From Eledone cirrhosa (Eukaryota), in the NCBI GenBank assembly GCA_964016885.1, contig OZ024742.1:40486001-40550000 (forward strand): a stretch of DNA of 64,000 bases, written 5' to 3'. Made by a program: the position numbers and the translations under genes. The notes under the pieces are model-generated. The model did not search any database, had not been told where the DNA came from, and saw only the letters and a list, made by a program, of their open reading frames with translations. Shown one piece after another: positions 26,083 through 39,646 of the stretch (its first letter is position 1; each line of letters begins with the position of its first letter).

Positions 26083-28270
26083 AATCATCATCATCATCAT
26101 CATCAACGTTTAACGTCTGTGTTCCACGCTTGCATGGGTTTGGACGGGGGTAGTCCCACTTGAGGCAAGAGTGATTTTCTTGCTCTCATAGGACTGTCTG
26201 GCAGGTTTTCTACAGTTGGATGCCCTTCCTAACACCAACCACATTTACAGTGTGGGTCTGGGAGGTTTTTACCGTGTTGCCTACACGGCCACATTACAGC
26301 GTGGACTGTGTGTTTTTTGTCGTGACACCTACACGATCTCATTTGTTTCGGCCTGGATGGCGCGGCACCAACATAACTTTACATAGAACGGGGTGGTGTG
26401 GATGGGGTGGGGGTGGTGGTGGTGGGACGGGGTGTATTTTGTTAGAGATGCCTACTGGCAAGGCGGGTCTTCTCTATTACTGAGTACCGCCAAAGGTCTC
26501 GGTCCAGTGACATTGTCTTGGTGAGGTGTAAGTGTGTGAGGTCGGAGTTTATCAGCTCGTCCCAGGTTTTTCTGGGTCTGCCTATTCCGTGGCTACCGTC
26601 TATCTTTATTGCCCTGCACTTTGTTATACAGCTATCATCCTTCATGCGCATCACGTGACCATACCAACGTAGCCTTCTCTCTAGTAAACAACATCTGATC
26701 CCTCTTATTTCTAATTTTTTCCTTAGTTCGTTTATGCTTTGTCGTTCACTTATATTACTATTACACATCCAGCGGAGCATGCAAGCTTCGTTTCTCTCTA
26801 GTCTGCGTATATCCTCTGCACACAATGCCCAGGTCTCACTGCCATGCAACATTGCTGTTCGTATGCAGGCATCGTACAGCCTGCCTTTCATTTTTAGGGA
26901 GAACCCTTTAGCGGCTAATAGTGGTATAAGCTCTCTGAACTTTTTCCACCCAGTTCTGACTCTAGCTACTGTACTTTCAGAGCACCCTCCCCCACTGCTG
27001 ATTTTGTCACCCAGGTAACGGAAGCTGTCCACTATTTCTATAGAACCCTCTGCGCAGTTGAAAGAGCTAGTATTTTGTGGGCACTTGCTGCTACTTATAT
27101 CCCCAGAACACCGGCCACATGTAAAATCTATGTTCTTAGTTAGCTTACCTGTGATCCCACTACATCTTTTATGCACCCAAACTTTGCATTTGGGACACAA
27201 AATGGAATTTCTACCTACGCCTTTCCTACACTCTGCGCATGGCCACTTCCCGGAGGGGACCGCCGCCTTATTTTCTTTCTTACAAACTAGAACTTTAGTC
27301 TTAGCTAGTTTAATTTTAAGGCCTTTTGATTCTAGGCCGTGCTTCCATGTTTGGAATTTCTTCTCTAGCTCGGCCATTGATTCAGCTATGAGCGTTAGAT
27401 CATCTGCGTATAGGAGTTCCCATGGGCAGCCGGTCTTGAACTCCACTGTTATAGCCTGGAGGGCAATAATAAATAGTAGGGGGCTAAGAACAGAGCCCTG
27501 ATGAACACCAACTTTTACACTAAACTCTTCACTATATTCGTTGTTAATTCTAACCTTGCTAACTGTTTCTTTATACATGGCTTGTATAGCTCTCACAAGC
27601 CATTCATCAACACCTAGTTTTCTAAGAGCCCACCAGATAATGGAACGGGGGACTCTGTCGAAGGCCTTCTCCAAGTCGACGAAAGCTAAGTATAGGGGTT
27701 TACTTTTAGCTAGGTACTTCTCCTGTAGTTGTCGTACAATGAAAAGAGCGTCTGTGGTACTTTTTCCTGACACAAACCCGAACTGCATTTCATCTAGATC
27801 AATTCGCTCTCTGATTAGTTGCGCTATAACTTTTTCCGTGACCTTCATGACCTGGTCGATTAATTTAATGCCTCTATAGTTACTCCTATCTAGGGCATCT
27901 CCTTTACCCTTATAACAGTTAACGATAATGCTGCTGCGCCAGTCCTTCGGAACAACCCCATTCTGTATGACTTGGTTGACTATCCGGGTGACCATGGTGT
28001 GTCCCACCATACCAGATGCCTTCAGCATCTCGGCAACTATTTCCGAAGGCCCAGCCGCCTTGCCTGTCTTCATATCTTTGATTGCCTTACTTATTATACT
28101 ACCCTCGACATTGCTGGTCCCTCTATTGGGTCGATGTGGGGGAGACTGTCTTTCTCCCATTTATTCTCCTCATTTAGTAGCCTTTCATAGTGACACTTCC
28201 AAGCTACCTTCTTATCGGCGTCGGTGATGGCAAGTATGCCGTCATCATTAAGTACACACTTCTCCCCGAC
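26083..28270 (-). mobile_element. 5'-truncated RTE-clade LINE
   Basis: RT ORF, 3'UTR and (GAT)n tail. The 5' end abuts (TA)n and the endonuclease domain is absent. Confidence 0.95.
26442..28160 (-). pseudogene. RTE reverse transcriptase ORF fragment (572 aa) with an embedded PHD-type zinc finger
   Basis: Motifs KAAGPS, YKGKGD..NYRGIKL, QFGF, FVDLEKAFD, GVHQGSVLSPLLF, LYADD, FRYLG, RLRWYGHV. C4HC3 pattern CAEC..CPKC..HKRC..CGRC. The N-terminus is frameshifted or truncated. Confidence 0.93.
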
Positions 28271-28431
28271 AATATATATATATATATATATATATATTTT
28301 AGAAAGTGAGGTTTTTTTTACAAAATGAAAAAAAAACGAGGTGTCCTACACAAGTGAAAGTATAAGGAAAAAAGATGACATCGAAAATGCAACTGGAGTC
28401 TTTTTTATAAAAATATATATTTATTTGGTTC

Positions 28432-28467
28432 CTTTACCAGTTTTGCAGTTCTTCTGCTTTTCAAAAG
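28432..28467 (-). ncRNA. Minimal hammerhead-like motif with U3-A8 core, probably decayed
   Basis: Minus strand: CUU-UUGAAAA-GCAG aagaa CUGC-AAAA-CUGG-UA^AAG. The two departures from GAAACCGGUA are CpG-type transitions. Confidence 0.45.
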
Positions 28468-28794
28468 TAGAATTGAGATGGAGGGTTTGTGGTTTTTCTC
28501 ACATCTGGTTGGTGTTTGAATGTTACTTCTGTTTTATATGGAAAAAAGTGGCTCGAAATGGTAGGTTTTTAGAGAAGTAATTTGGTTGGTTGGTGAATAA
28601 GTATAATAAATTTCGCCCCAGTTCACGTTACAAAGTTCTTATTATATTTGCCTTAAAAAAAAAAAAAGGGGGGGGGGGGGCTCAGGTTGTTTTTCATATA
28701 TGAGTGAAGTTTGGTTGGTTGATGCAGTCACATGAATAAGCACATCAGCTTTCGCGCCAGTTTGTGTTTGAATTTCTTTTTACTTATATATATA

Positions 28795-29135
28795 TCATCA
28801 TCATCATCATCCTTTTACGTCCACTCTTCCCTGCTCGCAAGGGTGGGACGGGTCTTATTCAGCACAGCATCTCTCCACTCGTCACGGTCCTTCGTCATCT
28901 CCACCGTGAGCTTCAACGATCTGAGGTCTGTTCTCACCACCTCCGCCCATGTTTTTCGTGGTCTACCTCTACCATGTCTTCCTTCAACTGGCACTTCCTG
29001 GCACTTCTTCACCCATCGGTCATCCCCCATGCGCATCACATGTCCATACCACCTCAGTCTCCTCGTCCGTACACTACATTCCATCCCTCTCAGACACAGT
29101 TTCTCTCTCAACACATTCATGCTGGGTCATTCACT
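28795..29135 (-). mobile_element. RTE-clade LINE 3' fragment (second family)
   Basis: ORF 28815-29120 contains RRLRWYGHVMRM..GRGRPRKTWAEVV; (GAT)n tail. Confidence 0.88.
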
Positions 29136-29923
29136 ATATATATAGTAGTAGAAATTAAATCTAGGCGTAGAGGGTGCAGACTTATGCTTTGAATGAAAAG
29201 AATACTATGGGGATGAAATGAGGTCAAGTCAAGAAGATAGTGAAGGGTACACGAAAATTTGATGTTATTAAAGAATATTGTTAAAAACGAAGGAAAATAA
29301 AATTTTAGGGTAAGGGTATTAGTGAGAACCGTCTTTTGCAGTTTCCATCTACCAAATTCATTCATAAGGCATTAATCAACTGAAGTTATAGTAAAAGACA
29401 CTTGTCCAGTAGTGGGACTGAACCCAAAGCCATGTTGTAAAGCAAACATTTTAACAACACAGCTTTGCGTACATCTATAGTTTGGATCTCTTTTTACTTT
29501 TTTGGTCAAGAAATCTTGTGGAAGGAAGCTGTAGTAGTAGAAGACTGGGGAACGTGGTTAAACAATATGACAAAGAAATGCAATAAGCAGAATGAAGCTG
29601 TATCAGAAAAAATCCATCCAACCCATGCAAGCATGGAAATATTTACATATGATGATGATGATGTCTTTTGTTTTGTTTCTTAATTTCTTTTCAATTTTTT
29701 CATTAACTATTATTTAATTAACAAAGCAATTTCTCAATCTAGGGAGACAGATAATTAGAGACTCATATTAGATTAAATAGAACTTATTACCTTAAATAGA
29801 ACAATAATGTGCCTGGACATATATATATATATATATGTAAATGTATGTATGTGTGTGTGTGCATGTGTGTGTATATACATATACACATATATATGTATAT
29901 AGATATACATATATATGTGTGTA

Positions 29924-29956
<33 letters not shown>

Positions 29957-30120
29957 GAGGAGACTATGTATATGTATGCGTGTAAATGTGTGTGTATGCA
30001 CATGGTCATATATAGTGTGTCTATGTGTTTGTATATGTGTGTGCACACATTAATATATATATACACTCATAAAATATATTACATTTAAGCCCAAATCTCT
30101 ATTATATATATATATATATA

Positions 30121-30345
30121 TTTTTAAAAAATAGAGGTGTAACACACGAGTTGTGATATGTTAGCAAAAGGAAAAGAAAATGCTGACAAATTTTTCCCAG
30201 TGAAAAATAGTTTAATTAGGAATAAGTATAAATTAGTAATAAGTATTGGATAGTATTCAGTTTTAGTTTTAAGTTTTTACGGGTTGCGCATTTCTAATGC
30301 TTTTCAAAAATAATTTTGAGATAGAGTGCTCGTGATTTTTGCTCT

Positions 30346-30347
<2 letters not shown>
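30121..30347 (-). mobile_element. Dispersed repeat homologous to 57449-57670 (putative Penelope-like 3' end with HHR-like motif at 30275-30310)
   Basis: The reverse complement aligns by eye with 57450-57670. Both copies end at (TA)n. Confidence 0.6.
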
Positions 30348-30377
<30 letters not shown>

Positions 30378-30612
30378 GGTTTAGCGTCCGTGTTCCACGC
30401 TTGCATGGGTTTGGACGGGGGTTTTCCCACTTGAAGCAAGAGTGGTTGTCTTGCTCGCATAGGACTGTCTGGCGGGTTTTCTACAGCTAGATGCCCTTCC
30501 TAACACCAACCACATTTACAGTGTGGGGCTGGGAGGTTTTTACCGTGTTGCCTACACGGCCACATTACAGCGTGGACTGTCTGGCGGGTTTTCTACAGCT
30601 GGATGCCCTTTC
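30346..30612 (-). mobile_element. RTE 3'UTR fragment with (GAT)n tail and a short internal duplication
   Basis: Matches 26090-26310; GGACTGTCTGGCGGGTTTTCTACAGCT occurs twice. Confidence 0.8.
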
Positions 30613-30726
30613 TAATCTGTATATATATATATTACTGCATATGTTTGTCTTTAAATGCTAAATAAATGAAATCATATTAACATTTTAGTTTAATTTATTC
30701 AGAACATATATATATATATATATATA

Positions 30727-30761
<35 letters not shown>

Positions 30762-30895
30762 AAGGAAAGCTTAGTTGAATCCATATGGTATGACAATCTC
30801 AAAATAAAATACCATTAAACACAATGCTTATTTATAACTACTACCAATACCACTGCTACTACTACCACTACTAGTACTACCACCACCACCACATG

Positions 30896-30937
<42 letters not shown>

Positions 30938-31284
30938 CACAAGTACAGCCACTACTACTAACCACACTACCACTACTGCAGGCAGCTAAGCCAAATAAAC
31001 TAATAAACTACCATTTTTGGCAGTCTGCCTAATTTGAGCATCTTAATGTGTATAATCACAGGTCATCTGATTGCATTTCAACTTGTAGACATTATAAACT
31101 ATAATTTTGTAATGTAATATTTTTGGCAAACAAATTGAACAAGAACTACCTATCTGACACCTCTCATCTTCACTTTACCAATTATACATTAATCCTTTTG
31201 TCACCTATTGAAAAACTCTGCTTGTGATTTTCAAATAATTTTGAAAATAATCAAGAATTTGGAGTGATATAACAATAACTAATT

Positions 31285-31710
31285 TTCTGTGAAACATGGG
31301 CTGTGACTGCAGAGGGCGTGCATAGATGGAGGAGAAATGAAACAACCATGCTCCATTGGATGTGCAATCTATGTGTGAGAGAGAGGCACAGCTTGGACAA
31401 GTTAAAGGAGAAGCTGGATTTAAGAGGAATTTGAGGTAGCGTACAGGAGAAAAGACAACGTTGGTTTGGACATGTGATGTGCATGAACAATGATTGTTGG
31501 GTGAAGTGCCAAGAAATGCCAATGGAAAGAAGTCTCGGTAGAGGTGGACCAAGAAAGGCCTGGGCAGAGGTTGTGAGAGCTGACCTCAAATCACTGAGAT
31601 TCACAAAGGAGTTGAAAAGGATCGCAACATGTGGAGAGATGCCATGTTGAGAAGGACCATTCCAACCCATGCAAGTATGGAAAAGCAGACATAAAATGAT
31701 GATGATGATG
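31285..31710 (+). mobile_element. Degenerate RTE LINE 3' fragment
   Basis: Contains ETWAVTAE..RNETTMLHWMC, QRWFGHVM and GRGGPRKAW; (GAT)n tail. Confidence 0.8.
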
Positions 31711-32799
31711 AATAATCTGGTGTTTGGAACATAAATCAACAAACATTCTTACATAAAATTATAATAGAAAGTTTAAAGTTAAATATATGGACCTGTAACT
31801 CCTAGAACATTTTAAAACCTGGCAGAGCCCATCTCCGGTGTTTAGATAAATATAAACACTTTAAAATAATGAGATTTGTATTACAGAAACAGTGGAGATC
31901 TCAGAGGATTGGTGTCATAAGTGTTAAGGATACCAACTATATCCCAAACCTTCATAATATATTCTCTCTCCTCGATCAAGGACATTCCAAATTTATATTA
32001 AGGTAGCAAATGGCAGAAGCATTAGAGTGTTTTGTGAAATGCCTTGCAGTGTTTATTTTGGTCCTTTGCATTCTGAGTTCAAAACCTGCCACAGTTAACT
32101 TTAATTATGAACCTCTGGAAGGATGATTAGCAAAGTACCAATCAGGGGATGTGGACTGTCAGTATCATTAAAGCATCAGATGAGATGCCTTGCAGTATTT
32201 GTTCCAGTTTTTGCATTCTGGGTTCACATCTTTATCTTTCTGGAAGTCAGTATATAATATACCTGTCTAGGGCAGTGGATGGTGAAAAGATGTAAGCATC
32301 TGATATATAACCAGAAATGAATGTTTGACGGGCACATACTTTATAGTAACCAATATACCAAAAATCTGTTTATACAGAATAGAGGTAACTAAGACTGCAT
32401 AAATGTATATATAAATTTACACATTTTAAACATTCCAAATATACATATTTTGCTCAGTGAATTGAAAAATGATAATTAATTTAGTTGATTTTCAGATTTG
32501 AGTGGATGTTTTAGTGTGGGAATAGGAAGGGGGTGGTAAGAAGGATGATATGTATGTAATAAGAGGTGGGGAAATGACAAATTTGATGTCAGGTTTGAAG
32601 TGGTGACGTGGAGAGAGGAGTGAGAAAAGTATGTCAAGGAAGTAAGACAGATATGATGTAGTTTAGCAGGGTGATAAAGGGTGGGATGAAGAGGTGGTGA
32701 CCCTGGGTAAAGTAGAGGGTGGGAAGGAGTGACCCTGGGCTGAGTGGAGTGTGTACAGAGATGTTATTAGGTAAGTTTTTTTCTCCAATACCGCATGCT

Positions 32800-33450
32800 G
32801 CTAATCCTAACAATCAGCTTCCTTAGATCAGTCTTCACTATATTATCCCATGGCTTCATAGGTGTACCTTGTACATGAGTCCCATCCACTGAGATTTTTC
32901 TGTATGTCTTTATACAGTAGAATCACATGTCCATACCATCACAGACTTTTCTCTTGCACACTGCATTGGAACGCTCTTATATGAAGTCTTTTTCTGAGCT
33001 CCCTTATTTTATGCTATTCATACACACTAACATTACACAGCTACCGAAGCATGCTCACTTCATTTTTTTCTAAACTTTGCAGGCCTTCTGCAGTCAAGGC
33101 CCATGTCTCACTGCCATTCCGCCTTGTGATTCACATGCAGGCTTCATAGTCTACTCTTCACTGTGAAGAAGAAGTCGTTGTCAGCAGAGGCACAAGTTGT
33201 ATAAACATTTTCCTGCCTGTTCATATTTTGGCAACCTCACTTTCAGAGTATCCCCCACCACTACTTTTTATGTCACCTAGTTAACAAAATTTGTCACCTA
33301 GTTAACAACTTCCATGCAATTGAGGTAATCTATTCTAAGTTTGTTTTTAGTACTTACTTCTGCACATCTGTTGCATTCAAAGTCTACCTTCCCAGTTAAC
33401 CTACCTTTAATCTCACTACATCTTTTTTGCATCGGTAGATTATCCAGTGT
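32800..33450 (-). mobile_element. Degenerate RTE LINE fragment (region C-terminal to RT)
   Basis: The minus strand gives LGDIKSSGGGYSE, GSETWAL and WYGHV-like segments, with frameshifts. Confidence 0.7.
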
Positions 33451-34314
33451 GTATCTAGTGGAATTTCTACTCATGCATCTCTTGTATATGTGTGTATGTG
33501 GATTCCTAGAGGATTTATATACCAGTGAATAATGAATGACATGATGTCAAAACAACAATATAGCTTGTGGTATTTAGTGGCTAAATGATTAACTGACTTC
33601 AGTTCAACAGTAGCTGAAAAGTCACCAAAAAAACTTAGATACCCTTCAAAGTAACTTGTGATAAATAATTCATACATTTTGCATAAAATATTTTACTTGT
33701 GAATTAAGAGATTAAATATCTTATTTAGATGAACTAAGATTTATACTATTCAAGTTCATATGTGTCTATCTGTAATGTATGTGTATTTATCCATTCATAA
33801 ATTTATATAATAATTCATACACTCTTAGACTTCCATGCATATATATATCATCATCATCATCATCATCATCATCGTTTAACGTCTATCTTCCACGCTAGCA
33901 TGGGTTTAGACGGGGTATATATATCATCATCATCATCATCTTTGTTTAACGTCCATCTTCCACGCTAGCATGTAGAAGCTCTTCTATATTAAAACTTTTA
34001 TACTCTGCTATGTATTGAGTACTTACTGTGGTTACCTCCAATTGAACCCGGAATAACTTATATATATATATAAGAGAGTATTGAAGTTTGCTTGAAGTAT
34101 TGTGAAATAATAAGATATATTTTCTTTAGGTCGTTTTGGAAGCCTCAACAATGCAGATGGGTAATTCTCTGCATAACAATATCCGGTGGTGAAGAGAGAA
34201 ATGTAAGTGAATGTAGAATGAGATGTATAATGTGTAGAACATAGGAAAGAGCGTAAAAAATAAAAATAATAACATGAGATAGAGTTACCTTGGGAGAGAT
34301 TTAATTGATATATA

Positions 34315-34633
34315 TCATCATCATCATCATCATCATTTTACGTCCGCTTTTCCCTGCTTGCAAGGGTGGGACGGGAACTGATTCTGGCTTGATTTCTACA
34401 GCTGGATGCCCTTCCTAACACCAACCTCATTTACAGTGAGTGCTGGGTGCTTTTTTGCCGTGGCACCTCCACGACCACTTTGCAGTGGAATGATAGGGAC
34501 GCCAGTCCCTATAGTCTCATTTCTACAGCTGAGTAAACTGGAGCAATGTGAAATAAAGTGTCTTGCTTAAGGAAACAACACATCACCCGGTCTGAGAATT
34601 GAACTCACAACCTTTCGATTGCAAGGCCAATGC

Positions 34634-34638
<5 letters not shown>
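34315..34638 (-). mobile_element. tRNA-derived SINE with RTE tail (second copy)
   Basis: Highly similar to 25800-26082; flanked by (TA)n. Confidence 0.75.
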
Positions 34639-34670
<32 letters not shown>

Positions 34671-35313
34671 GAGAATCACAAATACACACATGCATATATA
34701 TGTCAATCCACATCCACATAATACACCACACAAAGAAATATATATTGGTTCCCACAAAGACACAGTAATGTTAATATGCACACACATGCATACACAGACA
34801 CACATGTTCCTACAAACAGACTCACTCACACATGGAAATATTCTCAAACTCATTCATGCACATATTCATATTTACAGGATGGCTTACATATGCATTTACA
34901 CACATACTATACACATAAACATATATACTATATATACACACATACATGCAATAAACACACACATACCATACAGATATACACATCATACTCACACAAACAC
35001 ACACATACACCGCACATTCATTTACAGTATGCCCCTGGTAATGAGGGAATATTTATAAAGTATTTGAAGTAAGCATTAGAAAGAAAGGTTACTACATTAG
35101 GTCTCTCTTAAACACTAACAAGCTTCTAGGAAGTTCTTTCGCATGAAGACTGTTAGAGCCTAATAGAGCAAAGGTCTGCTCTTCAGAGAAGTTCTTTAAT
35201 GAGAAAGGTCAGAAATAATTATTAAATTTCCAGGAATGGAGGTTTTATTGTGTAGAGCAAAATCTGATGGCAGAAGGCTCAGTGGTGGAAAATATGAAGG
35301 AATGTATGGTGGG

Positions 35314-35450
35314 GGAATATCTGGTGGAGGAAGGAATGTCTGGTGGGGGAAGGAATGTCTGGTGGGGGAAGGAATGTCTGGTGGAGGAAGGAATGTCTGG
35401 TGGAGGAAGGAATGTCTGGTGGAGGAAGGAATGTCTGGTGGAGGAATGTC
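35314..35450. repeat. 19-bp tandem repeat (GGAATGTCTGGTGGAGGAA)n, ~7 copies
   Basis: Direct reading. Confidence 0.9.
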
Positions 35451-36144
35451 CAGTGAAGGAGTGTCTGATAACGAGAGACAGGTGTCTGGTGGAGAAATAT
35501 TTGAAAAATATGTTCAGGTGAAAAGATGTGAAGTAGAAAAAGATCTGGTGGAGTGAGTTATGATGGATGGACATGAGGTATGTAAAGATGTTAGGGAGGA
35601 ATGGTTAAAGGAAGGAAATTTGAAGGAAGGTAATGGGGAAAGAAAACTAAGTGAATGAAGAACTTGAGAAAGAAACAATGTGTAAAACCATCTGCTGAAA
35701 GAAAATGTGGAGAATATAGTGTGGGAAAGGTAGGTTGTGTGTGGTAGAGGGAGGGGGAGAGGAAAGGGAAGAGTGAGGGGAGAGGGAGGAAGGAGAGGAG
35801 GAAGAGAGGGGATGAGGGGGGGGGGGTGATTAAGAGAGGAGGAGATGAGGAGGAGATGTGGGGGAGTGGAGGGAGAGATGATTAAGAGAGGAGGAGAGGA
35901 GGAAGAGATGAAGAGGGGGAGAAATGAGGAGGAGATGAGGGGAGTGGAGGGAGAGATGATTAAGAAAGGAGAGGGGGAGTAGAGAGAGAGGAGAGAGGAA
36001 TGAGTAAAGAGTGAAAAAAGAGAGATGGACTGCAGAGAGTGAGAAGGGAAAGATGGAGAGATGGAGACAGAGATGGAAAGAAAGAGAGGAGTGAGAGAGA
36101 TTTGAAGTAAATAATATACATATGGGATGGAAGAGGATAATGTG

Positions 36145-36805
36145 GTAAGTGGTGGTGGCGGGGGGTAGTGGTGGTAGTGGTGGTGGTAGTGGTGGTGGTA
36201 GTGGTGGTGTTGGTGTTGGTTGTAGTGGTGGTGTTGGTGTTGGTTGTAGTGGTGGTGGTGGTGTGTGGCATTGCTGGTGGGAGTGGGGGTAGTGGTGGTG
36301 GTGTGTGGGAGTGGTGGTGGTGTGTGGCAGTGGTGGTGGTGGTGGTGGCTGTGGTGGTGGTAGTGGTGGTGGTGGTGTGTGACAGTGGTTGTGGTGTGTA
36401 GTAGTGGTGGTGGTGTGTGGCAGTGGTGGTGGTGTGTGGCAGTGATGTGTAGCAGTGGTGGTGGTTGTTGTGGTGGTGGTGGTAGTGGTGTGTGGCAGTG
36501 GTGGTGTGTGGTAGTGGTGGTGGTGTGTGGCAGTGGTGGTGGTTGTGGTGGTGGTGTGTAGCAGTGGTGGTGGTTGTGGCAGTGGTGGTGGTGGTGGCAG
36601 TGGTGGTGTGTGGCAGTGGTGGTGGTGGTGATGGTAGTGGTAGTGGTAGTGGTGGTGTGTGGCAGTGGTGGTGGTGGTGTCAGTGGTTGTGGTGATGTTG
36701 GTAGTGGTGGTGTTGGTAGTGGTGGTGTGTGGCAGTGGTGGTGGTCATGGTGGTAGTGGTGGTGGTGGTGGTGGTGGTAGTGGTGGTGATGGTGGTGGTG
36801 GTGAC
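36145..36805. repeat. (GTG)n-based degenerate microsatellite
   Basis: Direct reading; source of the His/Thr/Pro-rich spurious ORFs. Confidence 0.9.
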
Positions 36806-37017
36806 AAAAGGTTATAGTTGAAGAAGTAGTAGAGATTGCAACAGGGTTATTTGTACTCAAAATATTTTTAGCAGAGGTAATGGTGTTGCATAAGGTCAAA
36901 GGTTCTCAAATCTTTTGGGCCACCTTCCCACTCCCAGCCATGTAATACCCTCAGTTACTCCACCCCTATTTCTAGAGAGACCTGCCTACTTGCAAATTGT
37001 AAATAATATATAATAAA

Positions 37018-37575
37018 CTAACAGTGGTACCCGGCGTTGCACGGGATAAGGTATTTTGGAACGTGGGCCGCCAACAGACCTAATCGTGGAAAAACTGCAT
37101 GCCTGGACAATATGTAAAGAAAATAAACCGAATACTCTGATGGCTGGATAATCTTTAAGATTTTCCTCGATGAAGCAGGAAAAATGCAGGTTTTCACCTA
37201 ATGCGGGCCCTAGGGGATCAAGAAAATGAATTTTTTTTTAATGTGCATAATATGCCTTGAAATTTCGAGAAAATCGGCTAGACGTAACATCTCAAAAAAG
37301 CCCTAAAAAGCTGAAAAAAGGAAGTTTTTCACCTAATGTGGGCCCTAGGCCATAAAAAAGTTGGATTTTCTTTGCTCACGGTATGAAGAAGAGACTGACT
37401 AACACATAGTTACAATTTCAAGGAAATCAATCTGACGTAACCTCAAAAAAAACCCAGAGGATCAAAATGTTGAAACATAAGTAATACACATGTAAAGTTT
37501 GAAAAAAATAGGTTGGGAACTTCTCGAGTTTTAGGGATTCAAACTCACAGACACACACACACACACAGACATACA

Positions 37576-37629
<54 letters not shown>

Positions 37630-37651
37630 TCCTCAGTTTTATATATATAGA
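37018..37651 (-). mobile_element. Non-autonomous Helitron with internal (GT)n
   Basis: The minus strand starts A|TCTATATATATAAAACTGAGGATGTCTGTGTG and ends with the hairpin CCCGTGCAACGCCGGG followed by ..TTAG|T (CTRR-like). It is inserted between A and T with no TSD. Confidence 0.8.
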
Positions 37652-37727
37652 TAAAATGGATAATTTATATATAATAAATATAATATATACTATGTATAAA
37701 TAAATAATATACATTTGTTATCTACTA

Positions 37728-38062
37728 CACAGTGTATCTCCGGCATTGGCAGTCCCGGTTAAGCACAGAATTTTCCTTAGAACCTAACTAATAACTGTTC
37801 ATGGAAACCACCGCATATTCACAGAATCGTAAATATCTTCCACATATCTTTTTTCATGGCTTTTTTCATGGCAATATATATTTTTACATGCTTTTTAACC
37901 CTAAATTATTAATAACAGTAAACTGTATTTGCCGGCCTATATTTTACATTATGTTTTGACGTTTATAGGCATTTTTATGGACCACGTCCAATCTTCGCAG
38001 TTTTTCACTCTATGTGGGTGTTCTAGGAACGTAACCCCCACAAATACTGGGGGACAACTGTA
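37728..38062. mobile_element. pogo/Tigger-like non-autonomous DNA transposon remnant
   Basis: Starts CAGTGTATCTCCGGCATT.. and ends ..AAATACTGGGGGACAACTG-TA (degenerate inverted ends). Confidence 0.5.
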
Positions 38063-38087
38063 TATATATATATATATATCATCATCA

Positions 38088-38415
38088 TCATCATCATCAT
38101 TTTACGCCCGCTTTTCCCTGCTTGCAAGAGGTGGGACGGGTCCTATTCAGCACAGCATCTCTATGCTGTGCTGAATAGGACCCATCACGGTCTTTCGTCA
38201 TCTCCTCTGTGAGCTTCAGCAATCTGAGGTCTCCTCTCACCACCTCCGCCCATGTCTTTCGTGGTCTTCCTCTACTGCGTCTTCCTTCCACTGGGATTTC
38301 TTAGCACTTCTTTATCCAGCGGTCATCCTCCATGCGCATCACATGTCCATACCATCTCAGTCTTTTCTCCTGCACACCACAACTTATCCCTCTTATACCC
38401 AGTTTCTCTCTCAAC
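38088..38415 (-). mobile_element. RTE LINE 3' fragment (second family)
   Basis: Contains RRSRGRPRKTWAEVVRGDL; (GAT)n tail abutting (TA)n. Confidence 0.85.
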
Positions 38416-38734
38416 TATAATATACTATTATATCATCTCTACTGCCCCCTTAGGCACCACTGCCCCTGGACCTTCTCAACACCCCCCAGGAGGCAGTAGT
38501 ACCACTTTGAGAATCTCTGCTTTAGATGATGCTGGTATTCGTATTAGTGTTATTTTTATTGATGATAATATAGGATGGTAGATTGGTAGAATTGGTAACG
38601 TGTCATATATAATTCCACTGTGGAATTTGTTCTGGCTCTTTACATTCTGAGTTCAAATCCCACTGAGGTTAATTTCCCCTTTCATCTTTCTGGGGGTCAA
38701 TAAAATAAACTACCAGTCAAATCCTGGGGTTGAT

Positions 38735-38921
38735 TTAACCCTTTAACATTTGCATTATTTACTATTGTATTGTATTTACTATACTATTATATTGAATCTA
38801 TGAGATTTTGATATTATTTATTTTGAGAACAATACCTCAACATTAGTATGAGCAGCCAGTTAGAACAGAAAGAGAAGAGAATTCTGGCTGGATATAGCTA
38901 GTTTAAAAGCTAAAGGGTTAA
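38735..38921. mobile_element. piggyBac-like MITE, opposite orientation, nested in a SINE at a TTAA site
   Basis: TTAACCCTTTAAC..GCTAAAGGGTTAA; SINE sequence resumes after it. Confidence 0.75.
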
Positions 38922-39615
38922 ATCAACTTTGCTGGCCTTGTGCCTAAATTAGAAATCAACATTATTGATGAGAATCTTTCATGGTAGTAGTAGTAGTAGT
39001 TGTTGTTGTTGTGGGTTAGCCCCAGATCAGATCTGATTGAGTAAAACTATGATCAAAGGCATTCCAGATGTGACCCACCTGTCTTTTTCTTATTTGCAAA
39101 GAACCCAGGACCACATTAGGCCAAATGTACCTCTTCTACGACATCAGGATATGATTTGCAACATATTCAGTTGCTATTTCTAGCGTTGGCTTGAGTGAAG
39201 ATAGTGTTAGTATTTGGTGGTGTGTGATAGTTGTCATGGTAGTTGTAACATTAATGGTGGTTACAAGACAGCATCACAGCCATCACTACTATCACTAGTA
39301 CTACCATAACTTTCATCACCACCACTCCACCATCTCTCTCTCTATATATATATATACATATATATATATACTAGCATAATTTCTACCATTAACAGCACCA
39401 TTTTGACCACTACAACAAACAGCTACCATGATCACATCACCATTACAAATACTACCACCAACCCTGCCATGTTGCAACACCTTCACCATTAACAGCACCA
39501 ACATCAGTAAGTATTCAAGTATACAAGTGAGAACAAACAGCTGTGACTATAGTACAAAGACTAGATATAATGTATGGGTCAGTGGTCACTTAAACTATGT
39601 TTGTGTGTGTATGTG

Positions 39616-39646
<31 letters not shown>

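Noticed and set aside
26734-28227. Plus-strand ORFs of 72-147 aa
   Set aside because: Antisense shadows of the RTE RT ORF.
35123-35192. Hammerhead-like fold on the minus strand (CUGAAGA, GCA/UGC stem II, GAAA, CUUCU/AGAAG stem I)
   Set aside because: Position 16.1 would be C rather than the invariant U and stem III is poor; could be decayed or chance.
35514-36899. 461-aa His/Pro/Thr-rich ORF
   Set aside because: Derived from (GTG)n and purine-rich simple repeats.
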